A stretch of 59,152 nucleotides of DNA. Source: Candidatus Shapirobacteria bacterium (GTDB lineage Bacteria > Patescibacteriota > Microgenomatia > UBA12405). A program made the translations under genes and the position numbers. Of the stretch, positions 34,822 to 42,988 are shown piece after piece; positions within the stretch are counted from its first letter, which is position 1; every line of letters begins with the position of its first letter. Where the stretch lies: contig JBAZSP010000002.1 of assembly GCA_041663285.1 (NCBI GenBank), positions 1-59,152 of the forward strand. The letters run 5' to 3'. The notes beneath the pieces are model-generated. The model saw only the letters and a program-made list of their open reading frames with translations, searched no databases and had not been told where the DNA came from.

Positions 34822-35657
34822 TCTTCCTCCTCCAAAATCACTACCTGGCTAGTTACTTGCTCTTTGCCCACCTCAAATTCAGTATACCTTGGTGTTTGGT
34901 TATTCCTGCTCTGGCTTATTGCTCCCACCACATAGGTTCTAATCCCATCAATTTCGTAAGAACTTGAGTAATGCAAATGCCCGGTGATTATTTCCCTTAC
35001 TCCACTGCTTATTAACTTCTCCCACAATTCATTTGCCTCAGCAGTTACCGTTTTGCTGTCTTCTCCCATCACGTGCTCCGACAACTTGTGCTTAATCGGC
35101 ATGTGCATTATCGCCAGACAACGCCAAACAAAACATTCTTCCAATTCTTTATTAAGCCATTCCGTCTGGATTTCACCCAAGCCCCTCACCCCAGCGTTAT
35201 TGATCAAAATCAACTTTACCTTTCCCTCTTTAGTCGTCTGATACTTACTACCAAAATATTTTTGCCACAAGTCCACTTTTATTTTGTCCGACATCCACAA
35301 ATCATGGTTCCCCGGCACCGCCATATATTCAATCCCCGATTCATCCAACACCTTTTTGGCTGCGGCTATTTCCGTTTCCTGCCCCACACTGGTCAAGTCC
35401 CCGTCAATTATTACCAGCTTCTCTCCCCGGCCTTTGGCGATTTCCAAGCCCTGTTTTAAACTCTTCCAATCCAGATGTACATCTGCCATCACTCCCAATT
35501 TCAATTTTGCTATCTCCGTCGGCTCTGGTTCCTCCACCTTAACTACCGGGTTAACTGGCGTTAGTGGACAATTCGATAACCACCACCCTGCCAATATCAA
35601 TACCAACACCAACACAAATACCACCGCTATTCGCCAATTTAACCCTCTTATTTTCAC
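34818..35657 (-). CDS. Membrane-anchored calcineurin-like metallophosphoesterase
   Basis: GVMADVHLD, IIDGDL, VPGNHD, MHMP, TGHLH motifs. ATGA overlap with ruvC. Confidence 0.8.
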   Translation of the reverse strand: MKIRGLNWRIAVVFVLVLVLILAGWWLSNCPLTPVNPVVKVEEPEPTEIAKLKLGVMADVHLDWKSLKQGLEIAKGRGEKLVIIDGDLTSVGQETEIAAAKKVLDESGIEYMAVPGNHDLWMSDKIKVDLWQKYFGSKYQTTKEGKVKLILINNAGVRGLGEIQTEWLNKELEECFVWRCLAIMHMPIKHKLSEHVMGEDSKTVTAEANELWEKLISSGVREIITGHLHYSSSYEIDGIRTYVVGAISQSRNNQTPRYTEFEVGKEQVTSQVVILEEEE

Positions 35658-35684
35658 TTTTTTAGTTTACCATTAGCTTCGCCT

Positions 35685-36137
35685 TTATTTTTTGTAACCC
35701 TCTTCGACCATACTAAGAACATAGTTGAACACCTTCGCAGTCTGGGCTAATGCCATTCGCACCACCGGCAATTCGGCCGCACCAACCACCGCCTCTCTTC
35801 CCCGGGCTACAACTTGACTCTGATCCCCTCTCCCAGCGACCAAGTCCGCTCTTACTAACAACCTCCCGTCTTGCGTCGCTCGTATGTGAGTTGCTCTAAA
35901 TTTATACCCCTGCTCTCTTGCCGGCCAAACAATCATGAGGCTATTTGCATTCTCCCCAATCACCGGGTGCCCCCCTCTGTACGCTTCCCTTAATCCTGGA
36001 AACTTTGCTATCGCTACAACTCTGTCACGATATCCCGTCAGACCGGCCATTTCTGCTATTTGCCTGTCTTGCATGTATGCCTGCCTAAATTGGAGCCATA
36101 ATCTCACTGCTTGCACCTCCGCATTACGTCCAGCCAT
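35685..36137 (-). CDS. Hypothetical protein (150 aa, Arg/Ala-rich)
   Basis: First ORF of the minus-strand string that runs into ruvC. No family recognised. Confidence 0.5.
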   Translation of the reverse strand: MAGRNAEVQAVRLWLQFRQAYMQDRQIAEMAGLTGYRDRVVAIAKFPGLREAYRGGHPVIGENANSLMIVWPAREQGYKFRATHIRATQDGRLLVRADLVAGRGDQSQVVARGREAVVGAAELPVVRMALAQTAKVFNYVLSMVEEGYKK

Positions 36138-36319
36138 ATTTAATATATTTTACACTCGCCTCCTAATAAATATAGGATACCTATCCCTGTTTCCACTTTT
36201 CCACATATGAGTCTTATATAGATATACTAGGAGACCTAGTGATAACTAATCGGCCTCTGGTACCGAATTTATTAGTTACTTATCGTAATTGGCATTTTAT
36301 TGACTGTATAATTAATCAA

Positions 36320-37555
36320 ATGGATTACGATTCTGTTTATAGAAAAATAAAATCTCTCCACCCCACCATAGAGACCCATCTTAATCACCCCCTCGCCCCC
36401 TACACCACACTAAGGCTAGGTGGCCCAGCTGACCTTTTTATTCACACCACAAATCAGCTTCAGTTTATATCAATACTTAAACTTGTACATCAATATACCC
36501 TTAAAGATGTTGGGGCAGAAAAAGAGGCAAATATATCGAAAATAATAGAAAGTGAAGCAAGTAATTTTTCAGCCCACAGCAAACCCGAGGTTGACGCAGT
36601 AAAAGAGGCAAACGGAGCGCAATCATCCGAGTCCCGATTTCGGGACGAGGGCGTGAGCACCGGAAACTCTTTTACGAGTCAACCACCGTTAACCATCCTA
36701 GGCTCTGGTTCCAATGTATTGATTTCCGATTCCGGAATCCGGGGCATTGTTATCAAAAATTCCTCCCGTTACCTAAAAATCCAAAATAATACCTCCTCCC
36801 CCATCCCTCCCCCAACCCTTCCTTCCCGCCTCAATCAGTACGACCCCAAAAATTACCTAAACTTCCAAATCCTTGACTATGACGAAACCAGCGCCCCTAG
36901 GATTAAAGTTAGACTGGCAAGTGGTGTTCCGTTACCTTTTGCCATTGCCACTCTCATCCGCCAGGGCGTTACCGGTCTTCAATGGTTTGGCTATATTCCC
37001 GGTACCATAGGCGGCGCTGTCTTGTCCAATATTCATGGCGGTTCTCATTTTTTTTCTGAAATCATCCAATCGGTAACCTGTTACGACCTATCAGAGGGTA
37101 AAATTATCAAAATTCCTGCCGGTCAAATTTCCTGGGGGTATGATCACTGCTCTCTGGCCGATTCTCCCCATCTGGTAATTTTATCGGTTACGCTCAATCT
37201 TTTTAAGGGTGATGCCACCAAGGCCGCCCAAACCGCCGCTGCCTGGATAGCTCAAAAAGCCAAAGTCCAGCCACCAAACTCCGCCGGCTCAGTTTTTCAA
37301 AACCCTTCCGAAAAAGATTGCTTGCCCATTTGGGGCGAGCCAAAATCCGCCGGCTGGATTATTGATTCTCTTGGCTGGAAAGGCAAATCGGTTGGCGGGG
37401 CCCAGGTTTCCCCACTCCACGCCAATTTTATCGTCAACACCGGCTCTGCCACTGCCGCCAATTTCTATACTCTTTTCACCCAAATCCAAGCCGACGTCTT
37501 AAACCGTTACCATCTCCACCTCGAACCAGAAATCAAACTGCTTGGTAATTTCTAG
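36320..37555 (+). CDS. murB: UDP-N-acetylenolpyruvoylglucosamine reductase with a ~60-aa low-complexity insertion
   Basis: LAPYTTLRLGGPADLF, ILGSGSNVLISD, GSVFQNP, and a MurB C-terminal domain. ATG 36320 (MDYDS...) is preferred because TATAAT 36307-36312 ends 7 nt upstream. Confidence 0.85.
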   Translation: MDYDSVYRKIKSLHPTIETHLNHPLAPYTTLRLGGPADLFIHTTNQLQFISILKLVHQYTLKDVGAEKEANISKIIESEASNFSAHSKPEVDAVKEANGAQSSESRFRDEGVSTGNSFTSQPPLTILGSGSNVLISDSGIRGIVIKNSSRYLKIQNNTSSPIPPPTLPSRLNQYDPKNYLNFQILDYDETSAPRIKVRLASGVPLPFAIATLIRQGVTGLQWFGYIPGTIGGAVLSNIHGGSHFFSEIIQSVTCYDLSEGKIIKIPAGQISWGYDHCSLADSPHLVILSVTLNLFKGDATKAAQTAAAWIAQKAKVQPPNSAGSVFQNPSEKDCLPIWGEPKSAGWIIDSLGWKGKSVGGAQVSPLHANFIVNTGSATAANFYTLFTQIQADVLNRYHLHLEPEIKLLGNF

Positions 37556-37565
37556 CTCCCGAATC

Positions 37566-38441
37566 TCAATTCCAAACGGCCTTCCATCCAAATCTCACCA
37601 GCGCCAGCTGTCTTCTCCACCTTTTCGGTTCCTTATACAGCGAATACAACCACTCCAAGCCCATCCGCCTCACCCATTCTGGCGCCCGCTTCAATTCGCC
37701 ACTAAAATAGTCAAAACTTCGCCCTACCCCCATCGCCACTCCCACTTTTAGATTGTCCCTGTTTCTTTTTATCCATTCTTCCTGCTTCTTCATTCCGTAG
37801 GCCACAAACAGCATTTCCGGCCTAAACTTATTAATTTTTTCAATTACCACCGAGTTTGACTCGGCCGGCTCCCCCGGACTCCAACTAATTTTGATATTTG
37901 ATTTTTGATTTTTGAATTTCCGGGCTGATAATTTTGCCCGATCTCCCCATCCTCCCAACAAAAACACCTTCCATCCCTTCCTTGCTGCCATTGTTATCAT
38001 TTCTTCCATCAGCTCCACCCCCGGTATTAACTCTTCTCTATGCTTCCCCCTTAACACTTCCACCCCAACTTCTACCCCCAAAAAAGCCCTAGCCAACCTT
38101 TTAAAGAAATTATTCATGAATCTTGCTTCCTGTTTCTTGAATCTATTTTCTAGTTCCCTTGCCCACCCTAAGCCCACTCCATCCGGCACATTGACACTAG
38201 TTTCAGTAGTCAGCATTTTTTTAAATTCCTCATCCTTTTCCGCCGCCATAACAAACTCCGGATTAACCGTTGCTATCCACTTCGGCTCCTTCTTGGACTC
38301 TTCCAACCAACCTTCCACCTTCCTTAGCAGCTCTTTGTTCCCACTGCCAAAGATCTTTATCTCCATAATCTGCCAATCATTAGGGAATGTCTTTTTTTGC
38401 TTCCCATCACCCGATACCCTTATAGCCTTTTTATGTGTCAT
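37566..38441 (-). CDS. WecG/TagA/CpsF-family glycosyltransferase
   Basis: WIATVNPEFVMAA, VNVPDGVGLGWA, and FLLGGWGDRA match the TagA-family pattern. A heptad-type repeat lies in frame at 37888-37920. Confidence 0.7.
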   Translation of the reverse strand: MTHKKAIRVSGDGKQKKTFPNDWQIMEIKIFGSGNKELLRKVEGWLEESKKEPKWIATVNPEFVMAAEKDEEFKKMLTTETSVNVPDGVGLGWARELENRFKKQEARFMNNFFKRLARAFLGVEVGVEVLRGKHREELIPGVELMEEMITMAARKGWKVFLLGGWGDRAKLSARKFKNQKSNIKISWSPGEPAESNSVVIEKINKFRPEMLFVAYGMKKQEEWIKRNRDNLKVGVAMGVGRSFDYFSGELKRAPEWVRRMGLEWLYSLYKEPKRWRRQLALVRFGWKAVWN

Positions 38442-38814
38442 TTTTACATCCTATAAGTCATTATTAGACTGTCCAATTTAGCTTCAACTTGCCCCAATTA
38501 TAATTTTTTCCTCTACCCCTTTGGCTGGTATCTTTTTATTCCTCTTTTGGTCCTCCAAAACCGTACTTATCCACCAGAATAATCTATTATTACAAGAAAC
38601 AAAATCTAAATATATCATATATCTTATATGACTATAATTATAGTACACTCTGTCAGAAAGCTGAATACCATAAATATTTATAGTTGAGCAATATATTTAC
38701 TCTTAAATTTATAAGAATACTAGCCAACAACTCCAAAAGTACCATCATAAATGTCATCTTTATTCTTACAATATTATATAAACTTTTACCGCCGGTATAA
38801 GTTGTCATATATCG

Positions 38815-39816
38815 CTATCTTATAGCTCGCCTATAAACCTCTAAATTTTCTAAAGCAATGCCGGTCCCTTTAATGACGCAAAATGTTGGCTCGATGGCCA
38901 CATGGGCTGATACCCCTATCTCCCGGGTCACCAGCTGATTTAGGTTTCTTAACTGCGATCCCCCACCCGACATCACCATCCCCCTATCCATGATATCGGC
39001 CACCAGCTCCGGCGGAGTTGTTTCCAAGGTGTCCTTAATAACTTGGATCACCTGGTCCAAAGTCGGCCTGATAGCCTCATACACCTCATCCGAATCTAAA
39101 ATGATGTTCTTGGGTAAGCCGTAAACCGAATCTCTCCCGCTAACCTGGAGAGTTTCCGGCCTTTTCAACTTTATGGCGCTGCCTAAGGTAATTTTTACAT
39201 TTTCGGCCGTTTGCTCGCCGATTACCAGATTATGTTTTTTCCTGATATAGGCTTCAATCATCTTGTCCAGCTTATTCCCTCCTATCCTGATACTTTTGTG
39301 GGTCACCACTCCTCCTAAAGCAATTACGGCCGCCTCTACTGCTCCGCCGCCAAAATCAATTATCATATTACCGGCCGCCTCTGCCACCGGGATCTTAGCT
39401 CCGATAGCTGCTGCCAGTGGTTTATCGATCATATACGCCTTTTTTGCCCCGGCCGATAAAGCTGCATCCAACACTGCCCGTTGCTCTACTTGGGTCACCC
39501 CCGCCGGGACGCACAGCATTACTTCCGGCCGGAAAAACCAGGCCGCTCCCATCACCTGCTTCAAAAAATATCTCAAAATTGCTTCAGTCACTTCGTAGTC
39601 TGCCACCACTCCGTCTTCCATCGGCCTAACCACTTCAATATATTCCGGTGTTTTCCCCAACATCTTTTTGGCTTCACTCCCCACCGCCAACACCTTTTTA
39701 TCCTCCAGCCCTACCGCCACCACTGTCGGTTCGTTTAGCACAATTCCCTCGCCCACCTCCCACACAATGCTGTTTGCCGTCCCCAAATCTATTGCCAGTT
39801 TTTTAAATAGTTTCAT
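38815..39816 (-). CDS. mreB: Rod-shape-determining actin homolog MreB
   Basis: LAIDLGTANSIVW, IIDFGGGAVEAAVI, VMSGGGSQLRNL. Confidence 0.9.
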   Translation of the reverse strand: MKLFKKLAIDLGTANSIVWEVGEGIVLNEPTVVAVGLEDKKVLAVGSEAKKMLGKTPEYIEVVRPMEDGVVADYEVTEAILRYFLKQVMGAAWFFRPEVMLCVPAGVTQVEQRAVLDAALSAGAKKAYMIDKPLAAAIGAKIPVAEAAGNMIIDFGGGAVEAAVIALGGVVTHKSIRIGGNKLDKMIEAYIRKKHNLVIGEQTAENVKITLGSAIKLKRPETLQVSGRDSVYGLPKNIILDSDEVYEAIRPTLDQVIQVIKDTLETTPPELVADIMDRGMVMSGGGSQLRNLNQLVTREIGVSAHVAIEPTFCVIKGTGIALENLEVYRRAIR

Positions 39817-39841
39817 TTTTGATGCCTCCAGATTTCCTTGC

Positions 39842-39875
39842 CCGCCGTAGTCCTGAGATTGTCGAAGGACGAAGG
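39842..39875 (+). repeat. 34-nt dispersed repeat CCGCCGTAGTCCTGAGnnTGTCGAAGGACGAAGG (copy 1)
   Basis: 32/34 identical to 42230-42263, same orientation, with an internal GTCCT/AGGAC stem. Confidence 0.85.
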
Positions 39876-39933
39876 TGGGTTAAATAATTTCATATCCAAT
39901 TCTAACAGACTACCGCTTCAAAACTTTTCCGGG

Positions 39934-39939
39934 TATAAT
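39934..39939 (+). promoter_or_regulatory. TATAAT ending 7 nt before ATG 39947
   Basis: Read directly. Confidence 0.45.
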
Positions 39940-39946
39940 ATAACTC

Positions 39947-41155
39947 ATGCCCAACACTTCCGATAAAAAAAGTTTATTAACCATCCTTTCCGTTGCTTTT
40001 TTCATTATCCTGATTACCACCCTGATTACCTTTTTTGCCAGTGGCTACCAGCTTAATTTCCAAAAAGGACCGGTTATAAAAGCCACCGGCCTGCTCTCGG
40101 CCACCTCCAAGCCCAAATCAGCTTCCGTCTATATTAATGATCAGTTGGTTACCGCCACCGACGATACCATCAACCTCCCGCCCGGCAGCTACACTATCAA
40201 AATTGTAAAGGACGGCTACCTCCCCTGGCAAAAAACAGTCCAAATTAAGCCAGAAGTAGTCTATCTTACCGACGCCTTTCTTTACCGCTCGGTTACCGAA
40301 ATTAAACCCATTACATTAAGTGGAGCCATCAACCCAGCCGTTTCCCCCGATGGCAACAAAATCGTCTACGCTGTCGCCAATGCCTCCGCCGCCAAAGATA
40401 ACGGCCTCTATCTTCTCGAAACCTACCAAAGCCCACTACCATTAAGTCGGAGTATTCCGCCAAAGCTGCTTTCGGCCTCGGCTCCGTCACTTGACTGGTC
40501 AGTTTTCACCTTTGAATTTTCGCCAAATTCCAAATCGCTTATCGCCACTAATCCCCAAATCAAAATATCGTACCTCCTGCCACTCGATTCACCCATTACT
40601 GCCAAAAATATGTTTGACATTTCTTCCCAGATTGCTGCTATCAAAAAAGATTGGTTATCCCAGGAAGCCGAAATTATCACCACCAATCTCGCCCGTTTGC
40701 CCATGGCTCTTCAATCAGTCGTCGCCACCTCTTCAGCCAAACAGCTCCAAATTTCTTCGGGCGAAACCAAAATCCTCTATCTGGCCAACACTACTACCCG
40801 TTTACCCGCTATTGTCACCACCCCCCTCATCTCCTTTTCCAACCAACCCCAAACCCGCCAAATCGAAAAAGGCAACTATTATACTTATGATCTTCAAACC
40901 GATTCCAATTATCTGGTCGGTAATAGCCAGTCAGTTGCCAACCTCACCTGGCTACCCGATTCCAACAATCTCATTTTTGTTGAAGACAACCAAATTCGCA
41001 TCATCGAGACTGATTCCACCAACAAGCAAACTCTTTATGGTGGTAGCTTCAACCCCCAGATCGTAGTCCCCTGGTTTGATGGCAATAAAATCGTCACCCT
41101 CGCGTCGGCCTACGCCGGATCCCCCGAAAATCTCTATTCCATTTCTATCCGCTAG
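39947..41155 (+). CDS. Membrane-anchored PEGA-domain protein with a TolB-like beta-propeller region
   Basis: N-terminal TM helix. SASVYINDQLVTATDDTINLPPGSYTIKIVKDGYLPW is PEGA-like. SPDGNKIVYAV, FSPNSKSLIA and WLPDSNNLIFV are TolB/WD40-like repeats. Confidence 0.65.
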   Translation: MPNTSDKKSLLTILSVAFFIILITTLITFFASGYQLNFQKGPVIKATGLLSATSKPKSASVYINDQLVTATDDTINLPPGSYTIKIVKDGYLPWQKTVQIKPEVVYLTDAFLYRSVTEIKPITLSGAINPAVSPDGNKIVYAVANASAAKDNGLYLLETYQSPLPLSRSIPPKLLSASAPSLDWSVFTFEFSPNSKSLIATNPQIKISYLLPLDSPITAKNMFDISSQIAAIKKDWLSQEAEIITTNLARLPMALQSVVATSSAKQLQISSGETKILYLANTTTRLPAIVTTPLISFSNQPQTRQIEKGNYYTYDLQTDSNYLVGNSQSVANLTWLPDSNNLIFVEDNQIRIIETDSTNKQTLYGGSFNPQIVVPWFDGNKIVTLASAYAGSPENLYSISIR

Positions 41156-41172
41156 CTCAATCTTCCTAGTTC

Positions 41173-41616
41173 CTACCTGCAGATCTTTTGGACAACCTCA
41201 TTTACTTCCGTATGTATTCTGTTTATCTCTTCTTCGTTGGACACCCCACTGTTTAGCTGTTCTATCATTGGGGAAGTCATAAGTTCGGCTTCGTCCTCCG
41301 AAATGCAGCTTTCTCCTAACACTCGCTCAAGATCTCGATCCATTACCTCCGCGACCGAAACCATTCCACCACTTTCAATTCGGTCATAGGGAGCCTCAAA
41401 ACCCATGTATACCTCCGGTACCGCCGCCTGCGCCACCTGACTTAGCATCGCTTCCGCTTCGTAAACATCCGACTCTTCAGCTGTACCCAACACTCTCTCA
41501 CTCTCCATTATCGCCAAATTTTGCCCCTCCTCATAAAAGCGAAGCGGCAATAGCCCAAATATCGCAATCACAAAACAAATAATCAGGGTTCGGGTATTTC
41601 TTGTAAAATCTGTCAT
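41173..41616 (-). CDS. Hypothetical membrane-anchored acidic protein
   Basis: ATG 41616 (MTDFTRN...) is preferred. The track's TTG start at 41652 is actually the -35 hexamer of the promoter below. Confidence 0.55.
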   Translation of the reverse strand: MTDFTRNTRTLIICFVIAIFGLLPLRFYEEGQNLAIMESERVLGTAEESDVYEAEAMLSQVAQAAVPEVYMGFEAPYDRIESGGMVSVAEVMDRDLERVLGESCISEDEAELMTSPMIEQLNSGVSNEEEINRIHTEVNEVVQKICR

Positions 41617-41652
41617 ATAAATCAGTCTAGATATATTTTTTTTAATAGTCAA
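41617..41652 (-). promoter_or_regulatory. TTGACT-17 nt-TAGACT promoter ending 7 nt before ATG 41616
   Basis: Minus strand: TTGACT 41652-41647, TAGACT 41629-41624. Confidence 0.5.
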
Positions 41653-41819
41653 GATAGGTAGTTTTTATTTCCTCATTTTATCTTCTTTTCCTATCGCTTA
41701 ATTCTCCTTTTATCCTATATATATAAAACTCAAAAATATTTGCAAATTTGCCTTAATCACCAATATCTCTCCTTCCACCTTTCTATACTTTAACTATTCA
41801 ACTTCCATCAGTTATTTTT

Positions 41820-41830
41820 CGTCTCCGACT
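41820..41830 (+). repeat. 11-nt copy of the tRNA-Pro 3' end (CGTCTCCGACT)
   Basis: Identical to 42214-42224. Confidence 0.5.
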
Positions 41831-42022
41831 ACCTTGGCGATCTTTACTCTAGAGTGCTTATTCAAAATCTTCTTACCTTATCTTTACCTACTTCTTTATA
41901 ACTTATTACATCTTATTCTCTCATCTCCTTTTACATCTTATATTATTATTTTGTTCTCTATTAATCAATTTTATCCAGTTTATTTCTAATTTTCTTCTCA
42001 TTGCTTTATAATACCAATGTCA

Positions 42023-42036
42023 TCGGAGACTGGCGC
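42023..42036 (+). repeat. 14-nt copy of the tRNA-Pro 5' end (TCGGAGACTGGCGC)
   Basis: Identical to 42148-42161. The two copies bracket a 111-nt GC-rich segment. Confidence 0.8.
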
Positions 42037-42148
42037 CCGCCTGCAAAAGCTGTCGCTTTGGCGACTGCGGGCAGGCAATTTCAGCCACAGGCTGATGGGC
42101 CTCTGGCCCAGGCTAGTGGCCAGCTTTCCACTTGTTTTTGCTCTTTTT

Positions 42149-42222
42149 CGGAGACTGGCGCAATTGGCTAGCGCGCAGCTTTCGGGTAGCTGAGGTTGCG
42201 GGTTCAAATCCCGCGTCTCCGA
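42149..42222 (+). tRNA. tRNA-Pro (anticodon CGG)
   Basis: Hand-folded cloverleaf: acceptor CGGAGAC/GTCTCCG, D arm GCGC-AATTGGCTA-GCGC, anticodon arm CAGCT-TTCGGGT-AGCTG, variable AGGTT, T arm GCGGG-TTCAAAT-CCCGC, discriminator A. No encoded CCA. Confidence 0.85.
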
Positions 42223-42229
42223 CTGTGGT

Positions 42230-42263
42230 CCGCCGTAGTCCTGAGCCTGTCGAAGGACGAAGG
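42230..42263 (+). repeat. 34-nt dispersed repeat (copy 2)
   Basis: See 39842-39875. It starts 8 nt after tRNA-Pro. Confidence 0.85.
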
Positions 42264-42355
42264 AGACCTTTTGTTCGCCATGTTTTTAGACGAAAGCGAT
42301 CTTTTTACTTTCGTTTAAATTTTGATTTTTGATCTTTTATATTTGACTTCTTAAA

Positions 42356-42427
42356 GTCCTCATAGTTCAATGGATAGAACAGCCCCCCCCTAAGGGGCAG
42401 ATGGAAGTCCGATTCTTCCTGGGGATA
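42356..42427 (+). tRNA. tRNA-like gene, formally tRNA-Arg (anticodon CCT), with non-canonical C33 and C55
   Basis: Hand fold: acceptor GTCCTCA/TGGGGAT (two G-U pairs), D arm GTTC-AATGGATA-GAAC, anticodon arm GCCCC-CCCCTAA-GGGGC, 4-nt variable loop, T arm GGAAG-TCCGATT-CTTCC, discriminator A. Confidence 0.45.
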
Positions 42428-42988
42428 CTTCTTGTCCAATCCTTATTCCGCTACCCACTAAAAGATTTTTTGCCTCTAAAGTTTCAATTTTAATCTCCCG
42501 ATTTCCTTTCCGTCCTTTCTCCGCTCTTTACGGCTTCATTCTTTGCCTTCTCCGCATTCATATTTTCCTACTCCGTATTATTACCGCTTTCATCTAGCTT
42601 ATTCCCCTTCCCTATTTGTTAGCTTTATACTCCGTATTGCCAAATATATTCTTGCTTACTGTACTATAACATTTAAAGCTTCTATATAACATATAAACCG
42701 CTCTAAACTTTAAAACTCCGCCATTTAAAAGCCCGACAATCGGACTTGAACAACAAAATATCTCGTTATCCCCTGTAATTATTCACCCGCTTCGAGCTTA
42801 ACTCTACAAATATAACATTCTACAACATTTAGAATACTGCTTTTAAGCCTTTACTACTTGCCAGCTGATCCCAAAACACTTTCCTAAATCAAAAATACTC
42901 CCCGCTCCTCTTACCATCTTATTACCATGTTTCCGAAATATTCTCTTATATATATTTATTAGCAAAAAAAACTTTTACTGATAAAGGC

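Noticed and set aside
41653-42988. An integrated prophage or integrative element at the tRNA locus, or a diversity-generating retroelement elsewhere in the window.
   Set aside because: No integrase, recombinase, transposase, reverse transcriptase or phage structural gene appears in any frame of the track. I saw no template/variable repeat pair of ~100 nt. Only short tRNA-end duplications remain.
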